A stretch of 63,737 nucleotides of DNA, counting the filler, from Octopus bimaculoides (lineage: Eukaryota): assembly GCF_001194135.2 (NCBI RefSeq). It is 8 parts of 7 records of this genome, joined end to end, with 100 filler letters (N's around TTAATTAATTAA, not from the genome) between each part and the next. Parts side by side here need not be neighbours in the genome. Positions count along the whole stretch, not along the records: positions 62,445 to 63,737 come from NC_068984.1; 7 more parts are not named here. One strand, written 5' to 3'. Below, one piece after another: positions 63,344 to 63,737 of the stretch (its first letter is position 1; each line of letters starts with the position of its first letter). A model generated the notes under the pieces. The model saw only the letters and a program-made list of their open reading frames with translations. It was not told the origin of the DNA and searched no databases. A program made the translations under genes and the position numbers.

Positions 63344-63410
63344 GTGACATATGGAGGAATGACAGTGAACACTCTCCACAACTGTGCTACAGTAGCTAGA
63401 ATGTTATCAG
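63344..63410 (+). CDS. Candidate exon (VTYGGMTVNTLHNCATVARMLS[G]), phase 0-1
   Basis: tgtttattttag|GTG...TCA G|gtaatc. It is open in the phase needed to follow 63016, but is not the expected DGG continuation. Confidence 0.4.
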
Positions 63411-63496
63411 GTAATCTGGTGCATTACACCAGGGATTGAGAACTTTTAATNNNNNNNNNNGTATTTACATAAGACGTATATAAACATATATGTGGA

Positions 63497-63545
<49 letters not shown>

Positions 63546-63691
63546 ATGTGTATATGGTTTGAGAACTTTGTATGTATGTGTATGCATGCATATGCATGTG
63601 AGCGTGCACGTGTGTGCGCGCATGCACATATGTGTGTGTGTGTACGGGCACACATGCGGGTGCATGCATGTAAGTGCATGTGCGCACGCGC

Positions 63692-63737
<46 letters not shown>

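Overview
This is eukaryotic nuclear DNA from a gappy draft assembly. It is AT-rich and saturated with microsatellites, SINEs, LINEs and DNA-transposon relics, and the repeat families look like those I recall from octopus (cephalopod) genomes, which is an inference. Almost every ORF in the supplied track is an artefact of N-runs or simple repeats. Seven identical 100-bp spacers (44 N + TTAATTAATTAA + 44 N) cut the window into eight segments whose adjacency is unproven, and different segments carry fragments of different genes. The best-supported host coding sequence is three minus-strand exons of a BAG1-like co-chaperone (UBL domain plus the first BAG helix; 34322-34194, 32656-32574, 29619-29494) and a plus-strand MIB/HERC2-domain exon (62934-63016). 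Weaker support exists for a DMT/SLC35-like two-TM exon (20055-19804) and for two terminal exons of an unidentified gene (40021-39597). Mobile relics include RTE, R4/Dong-like, CR1-like and Penelope-like retroelements, maT/DD37D and mariner relics, a Merlin-like MITE with an 8-bp TSD, a hAT end and fold-back elements. I find no CRISPR array, operon, true tRNA/rRNA gene or convincing new biological system. The leads most worth checking are a CpG-decay (gene-body methylation) footprint confined to the BAG1 segment, a dispersed repeat with minimal-hammerhead-like architecture, a MIB/HERC2 exon possibly spliced to an atypical exon, (TAA)n-targeted Dong-like insertions and a ~1.4-kb decayed single-frame ORF.
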